In this document: positions 59,274-64,000 of the stretch, piece by piece | Numbering within the stretch: position 1 is the first letter of the stretch | Layout: every line of letters starts with the position of its first letter | Assembly (NCBI GenBank): GCA_043745805.1 | Contig: JAYTSD010000044.1 | Span: 1-64,000 of the forward strand | Source of the DNA: Fibrobacteria bacterium | GTDB lineage: Bacteria; Fibrobacterota; Fibrobacteria; UBA11236 | Direction: 5' to 3' | DNA: 64,000 bases | Translations under genes and position numbers: made by a program | Notes under the pieces: model-generated | What the model was told of the DNA's origin: nothing | Databases searched by the model: none | The model's input: the letters and a program-made list of their open reading frames with translations, nothing else

Positions 59274-60794
59274 TTAGGAAAATTGCTTTCCGAATTCCGT
59301 AAGAGCTTTTTTAACTTCAGCGGTCAATTCATCATCCAATTTTTTCTTCTCTTCAATAGAGTTGAGCATTTTGGAATAATTAGCATCGAGGAAAGTCAAT
59401 AAATCTTGTTCATACTTGGATATTTTATCTAAAGCGATTTCATCGGTGAAGCCATTCATACCAGCATACACGATTAAAATTGTTTTGGAAATGCGAAAAG
59501 GAATATATTGCCCTTGGCGTAATAAATGAGTCATTCTTTCGCCGCGCGCCAATTGTCTTTGTGTGGCTTTATCCAAATCCGACGCAAATTGGGAGAAAGC
59601 GGCAAGTTCGCGGTATTGAGCTAAAGTCAAACGTAAAGGACCCGATACTTGTTTTGTCGCTTTAATTTGCGCATCACCACCTACGCGCGAAACTGAAAGA
59701 CCTACGTCTACGGCAGGGCGTTGGCCAGCATTGAATAAGTTTGCATCTAAAAATATTTGTCCATCGGTAATAGAAATAACATTAGTAGGAATATAGGCGG
59801 AAACGTCACCGGCTTGGGTTTCAATAATCGGCAAAGCTGTTAATGAACCGCCGCCTTGGGCTTCGGAAAGTTTAGCAGCACGTTCCAATAAACGGGAATG
59901 TAAATAAAATACATCACCCGGATAAGCTTCACGTCCTGGAGGACGACGTAACAATAAAGATAATTGACGATAAGCTTGTGCTTGTTTGGTTAAATCATCA
60001 TAAATCAAAAGCGCATGTCCGCCATTGTACATGAAATATTCGCCCATGGTTACGCCGCAATAAGGCGCAAGATATTGTAGCGAAGCAGGATCGGAAGCAT
60101 TAGCAGCGAGTACGCAAGTGTATTCCATCGCGCCGGCGCTTTTTAATTTTTCCACAATTTGTGCAATGGTACTTTGCTTTTGGCCAATGCCTACATAAAT
60201 ACACTTAACACCTTTGCCTTTTTGATTAATAATGGTGTCGATGGCAATTGCTGTTTTACCGGTTTTGCGATCGCCAATAATCAATTCACGTTGACCACGG
60301 CCAATAGGAATCATGGTGTCAATAGCTTTGATACCGGTTTCTAAAGGTTCGCAAACATTTTGTCTTTCAATAATGCCAGGCGCTTTAACTTCGATAGGAC
60401 GAGTATGTGTCATATCTAATGCAGGGCCACCATCAATAGGTTGGCCTAATGCATTAATGACGCGGCCTAAAATAGTATCGCCCACAGGAACGGATGCAAT
60501 TTTTTTAGTGCGTCGAACCGTGTCGCCTTCTTTAACAGCATTGATATCACCTAAAAGCGCAATACCTACACTGTCGGCTTCTAAATTTAAAACGAGAGCA
60601 GAAATGGTTTTTTGCGAACCTTCTACTTCTACTAATTCACCAGCCATCACGTCGGATAAACCGAAAACGCGCGCGATACCGTCACCTACCTGTAACACAG
60701 TGCCAACGGAATAAGTTTCCGCAGTAGTATCTATGCTCTCGAGTTGTTTTTTAAGTATGGAGGAAATTTCATCCGAACGGATATCTGTGGCCAT
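59274..60794 (-). CDS. atpA: F1 ATP synthase alpha subunit
   Basis: [39 protein letters not shown]. Confidence 0.99.
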   Translation of the reverse strand: MATDIRSDEISSILKKQLESIDTTAETYSVGTVLQVGDGIARVFGLSDVMAGELVEVEGSQKTISALVLNLEADSVGIALLGDINAVKEGDTVRRTKKIASVPVGDTILGRVINALGQPIDGGPALDMTHTRPIEVKAPGIIERQNVCEPLETGIKAIDTMIPIGRGQRELIIGDRKTGKTAIAIDTIINQKGKGVKCIYVGIGQKQSTIAQIVEKLKSAGAMEYTCVLAANASDPASLQYLAPYCGVTMGEYFMYNGGHALLIYDDLTKQAQAYRQLSLLLRRPPGREAYPGDVFYLHSRLLERAAKLSEAQGGGSLTALPIIETQAGDVSAYIPTNVISITDGQIFLDANLFNAGQRPAVDVGLSVSRVGGDAQIKATKQVSGPLRLTLAQYRELAAFSQFASDLDKATQRQLARGERMTHLLRQGQYIPFRISKTILIVYAGMNGFTDEIALDKISKYEQDLLTFLDANYSKMLNSIEEKKKLDDELTAEVKKALTEFGKQFS

Positions 60795-60801
60795 AATTTT
60801 C

Positions 60802-61335
60802 CTATGCTGCTAATTTTCTTTTTAACACGTTCAACTGCGCTTTTACGCTGGAGTCGGTGATATGGTCGCCTTCCACAATACGGAATCCCGCAATGAGGCT
60901 GGCATCTAAAGTATTTTCAATAATGAATTTTTTTCCTGGCTGACGAGCGGTTAATTTGGAAGAAATTTTTTCCAACTGCTCGCTCGAAAGTTTTACTGCA
61001 CTTACAACCGTAGCGCGTAAAATATTACGGCTATTTTCTTCCAGTACTAAAAACTGTTTGCTAATCGAAGAGAGATAAGCGAAACGATTTTTATGATAAA
61101 GTAAGTGAATAAATTTTTGCGTTAAGGGCTGCAATTTACTGAGCAATGAAGTTTTCAATAAATCCATTTTCTTATCATTGGCTAAGACAGGATTTTCGAG
61201 CACAGCTTGCAAGCGCGGAAAACTTTTAAAGGTTTCCAACAATAATTGAATGTCTTGCAATACCAAAGCTTGTGTGCTTGGTGTACAAGCCTCTAACAAG
61301 GTTTTGGCATATATCGCTGTGACTTTATTATTCAT
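60802..61335 (-). CDS. atpH: F1 ATP synthase delta subunit
   Basis: YAKTL; L.NP; A.V.SA..L; D.SLIAG....GD..D.S; operon position. Confidence 0.93.
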   Translation of the reverse strand: MNNKVTAIYAKTLLEACTPSTQALVLQDIQLLLETFKSFPRLQAVLENPVLANDKKMDLLKTSLLSKLQPLTQKFIHLLYHKNRFAYLSSISKQFLVLEENSRNILRATVVSAVKLSSEQLEKISSKLTARQPGKKFIIENTLDASLIAGFRIVEGDHITDSSVKAQLNVLKRKLAA

Positions 61336-61346
61336 TACTTCTCAAC

Positions 61347-61952
61347 CTAAGCTTTATCTTTTACTGAAAGCTCATTGATTAATTGATCCACTACTTGGCG
61401 ATGTTTAGCATCATCCAAGCTTTGTTGCAATAATTTTTCGGCAACTTGTATGGCAAGGTCGGCTGTGGTCTTTTTTAATTCAGACAAAGCGGCACTTTTA
61501 GCAATATCAATTTCACGTTTAGCCGATTCAAGAATTCTGGATTTTTCAGCATGCGCTGCTTCTTCCAGTTTCTTCCGCAATTCTTCCGAAGCTTGACGCG
61601 TATTTTGCAATAGAGCGCTGGCTTCGGCACGGGCTTCCGTTAAAATTTTATTTTGCTCTTCGCCAATGCGTTTGGATTCAATTTGAATTTGATTGGCTTT
61701 ATCCAAGCTATCCTTGATGCGTTTTTCACGTTCATCAACAGAAGCGAGAATTGGGCCCCATGCCATTTTTTTCAGGATGAGCAAAAGCACCACGAAGACA
61801 ACAATAGACCAAATCCCGACACCGGGATCAAAAGTCATTAATTTAGGATCGCCGTGGCCGCTTTCTGCGGATGTTTCCGCATGTGTTTCCCCTGCAGGTG
61901 AACTTTCCGCTTGCGCGAATAATTCATAATTAATTCCTGATGACATAGACAC
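61347..61952 (-). CDS. atpF: F0 ATP synthase subunit b
   Basis: PG..IW..V.F..LL..LKK.AWGPI...DERE..I; coiled coil; start may be ATG 61946. Confidence 0.95.
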   Translation of the reverse strand: MSMSSGINYELFAQAESSPAGETHAETSAESGHGDPKLMTFDPGVGIWSIVVFVVLLLILKKMAWGPILASVDEREKRIKDSLDKANQIQIESKRIGEEQNKILTEARAEASALLQNTRQASEELRKKLEEAAHAEKSRILESAKREIDIAKSAALSELKKTTADLAIQVAEKLLQQSLDDAKHRQVVDQLINELSVKDKA

Positions 61953-61973
61953 TCCGAAGTTACGCCTCAGCCT

Positions 61974-62210
61974 TTATTTGGCTGTAGCTAAAAGAATGCA
62001 AATAACTTGTGCGAACAAGGCCACACCTTCCACCAAAGCGGCGGCGATAAGCATATTGGTACGAATAATACCAACTTGTTCGGGTTGACGAGCAATGCCT
62101 TCGAGAGCAGAGCCAGCCAAGCGGCCAATGCCAATGCCTGCGCCGATAGCGGCCAAGCCAGCACCAATGCCGGCGGAAAGATATCCCATACTAACTGAAT
62201 CAAGTGCCAT
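61974..62210 (-). CDS. atpE: F0 ATP synthase subunit c
   Basis: Likely start MALDS at 62210 (GGAG upstream); GAGLAAIGAGIGIG; ARQPE; ALVEGVALF. Confidence 0.97.
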   Translation of the reverse strand: MALDSVSMGYLSAGIGAGLAAIGAGIGIGRLAGSALEGIARQPEQVGIIRTNMLIAAALVEGVALFAQVICILLATAK

Positions 62211-62230
62211 ACTGATCTCCTTTTTTTTGA

Positions 62231-63088
62231 TTAATGTTCTTGATGCAAGGCCATGCCGATAAACAGCGAGGCCAAAAGCGTAAAGACGAAGGCTTGCAAA
62301 AATGCAACTAAAACTTCGATCATGTAAATGAAAAGCGTAAAACCCAAAAAGGGTCCTACAAAAAGCCAACTCTTAAACACAGCAATTAAACCGAGCAAAG
62401 AAAGAATTAGAATATGGCCAGCTGCCATATTAGCGAAAAGACGAATAGCCAAAGCAAAAGCCTTAGTGAACAAACCAAGAATTTCAATAGGAGCAATAAT
62501 TGGCAAAACAAAAACCGGCACGCCCTTAGGAATAAGATTGGATAAATAATGACCCACGCCATTATGCATCATGCCAGCGATATTAAAAACAATAAAGATC
62601 ATGATGGATAAAGCGGCGGTGATATTGACATTGGAAGCGGCTGAAGGGAAACCTGGAATCAAACCGATAACATTGAGGCCGAGAATAAAAGTGAAAAGCG
62701 TAAGAAAAAATGGCATCCATTTGGGCGCTTCTTTTTCCCCTAAGTTGGGAACAATAATGTCATTGCGTACAAATAAAACCAAAGCTTCCATAGCATAACC
62801 AAATTTAGAAGTGGGTAATAATGCTTGGCGTTTGCCCGCAAGTCCAAACACAACCAATAATAAAACCATAGCCAGAAGCATCATCAACACATGTAAGCTT
62901 ATGCCCATTTCCACGCCGCCAATTTGGATATGCGCAGGCAGAGGAATAATAGGGCCACCGGGAATGGGACGCCATTGATCCGAATTGGCCATATGATGCA
63001 TGATAAATTCGCCGAGACTTTCCGCGCCAAGGCTTGGTAAAGCAAGGAAAGAAAATACTAAGGAAGATAACCAGACTTTAAGCTTCAT
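62231..63088 (-). CDS. atpB: F0 ATP synthase subunit a
   Basis: Likely start MKLKV at 63088; FALAIRLFANM.AGH; E.LVAFLQAFVF. Confidence 0.97.
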   Translation of the reverse strand: MKLKVWLSSLVFSFLALPSLGAESLGEFIMHHMANSDQWRPIPGGPIIPLPAHIQIGGVEMGISLHVLMMLLAMVLLLVVFGLAGKRQALLPTSKFGYAMEALVLFVRNDIIVPNLGEKEAPKWMPFFLTLFTFILGLNVIGLIPGFPSAASNVNITAALSIMIFIVFNIAGMMHNGVGHYLSNLIPKGVPVFVLPIIAPIEILGLFTKAFALAIRLFANMAAGHILILSLLGLIAVFKSWLFVGPFLGFTLFIYMIEVLVAFLQAFVFTLLASLFIGMALHQEH

Positions 63089-63446
63089 GCGGGTAAAACA
63101 ATATCCTTTGATGCGAAATGAAATGGCGGATTTCCACAATTTGAAAAACGACGAAAGCTAAAAGCGAAGTAATAATATAGGCCATTAAAATATCGCGTGA
63201 AAAATATTGCAAGGCAATAAAAACAAGGAGACCAATGCATAGCATACGCGATAACATGCCGGTTACATATAGGCGCATGGGGTTTTGTGATTTAAACCAA
63301 TAAAGAGGAAATACCGCAAAAATGGCATTCAGGGCCATGATGAAAATAGCGCTGAAGCCTAAAATTTTATTATAAGTCGCGATTTTCAAACTGGCCACAT
63401 AAACGAGGCTTGCGAGCACACATCCAATCAAAATTATGTTTTTCAA
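63078..63446 (-). CDS. ATP synthase protein I-like 4-TM membrane protein
   Basis: Four hydrophobic segments between atpZ and atpB; start estimated at TTG 63446 (track extends to 63626). Confidence 0.65.
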   Translation of the reverse strand: MKNIILIGCVLASLVYVASLKIATYNKILGFSAIFIMALNAIFAVFPLYWFKSQNPMRLYVTGMLSRMLCIGLLVFIALQYFSRDILMAYIITSLLAFVVFQIVEIRHFISHQRILFYPHEA

Positions 63447-63573
63447 ATAAACTCGCAATTTATTCCTGTTTCTTTTTTCAATTTTTATGGCCTCAATAGT
63501 AATCAAGGCTAGCGGGGATTTAAAGGTTTTTTTGTTGCAAAAATATCTAAACCCTATTTCTATTAATTGATCT

Positions 63574-63798
63574 TCAGATTTTTTTTGATTTCTGTTCCGA
63601 TTTTTTAATAGCAGAATAAACTGCATAGCCAGAAGTGGCGAAGCCTAGCAGTACTCCCAAGAGCAGGAAAATAGGTGCACTGGCTAATTTTCTATCGAGA
63701 TTAATTCCTGCATAAGTGAATAAGCCCAATGACAAAGCGATAATCCAGCCTAAATTCAAAAATAAGCCAATATCGCTTAAGCCTTTATTTTCTTTCAT
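63574..63798 (-). CDS. AtpZ/AtpI-family 2-TM protein
   Basis: G..LD..L...P.FLL.G.LLG pattern; first gene of the atp operon. Confidence 0.88.
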   Translation of the reverse strand: MKENKGLSDIGLFLNLGWIIALSLGLFTYAGINLDRKLASAPIFLLLGVLLGFATSGYAVYSAIKKSEQKSKKI

Positions 63799-64000
63799 CT
63801 GTCGACATGGAGCAATTACCTTGGAAATGAGCGCCTTCGTTAATTACTAAATCTCGAGTGACCAAATCTCCTTTTAAAGTGGATTTGGATTCTAAGACGA
63901 TTTTTTCCGATGCCTTGATATTTCCCACAATAAGTCCGGCAATAGTGGCGGACTTAACTCTTATATCGCCTTCGATTTTACCGCCCGCACAAAGCACTAA
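63785..64000 (-). CDS. Bactofilin (polymer-forming cytoskeletal protein), 3' part
   Basis: G.IEGDI....A.I.G...GNI.A..KI.L.....L.GD.....L.I.EGA.F.G.C.M; 5' end outside the window. Confidence 0.9.
   Translation of the reverse strand, partial: LVLCAGGKIEGDIRVKSATIAGLIVGNIKASEKIVLESKSTLKGDLVTRDLVINEGAHFQGNCSMSTDERK

Overview
AT-rich bacterial chromosomal window, most likely Fibrobacterota (FCB group). This is inferred from two TIGR02147-family genes, many secreted proteins with T9SS-like C-terminal tails, an FCB-style atp operon and a short RpoD-type sigma factor. The right end (about 55.5-64 kb) is housekeeping: partial bactofilin, atpZ-I-B-E-F-H-A-G-D-C, MoxR ATPase and a sigma-70 factor. The rest is an accessory region of secreted or surface proteins: a multidomain C1 peptidase, an Ig/collagen/RCC1 protein, a PQQ-type sugar dehydrogenase, ThuA-like, PhoX-like, DUF6807 and GH-A-like proteins, and two di-heme DUF1111 paralogs. 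Three candidate systems stand out. (1) An operon with its first four genes translationally coupled: ECF sigma, membrane anti-sigma-like (DUF4384) protein, exported caspase fused to GLQ repeats and a likely outer-membrane barrel, then two duplicated lipoproteins. It suggests caspase-triggered trans-envelope signalling. (2) A twice-occurring TIGR02147 regulator plus 'AG(G)T(S)EVGNP' lipoprotein module. (3) Paired di-heme proteins with a CTD-like domain nested near the N-terminus. Several intergenic gaps hold gene remnants the ORF track misses or only partly covers (IS3 pieces, FlgE, Crp/DJ-1, GH43, RhuM, a collapsed duplication), many internally deleted. No rRNA, tRNA or CRISPR array was seen. 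All family calls are by motif recognition; no database search was run.
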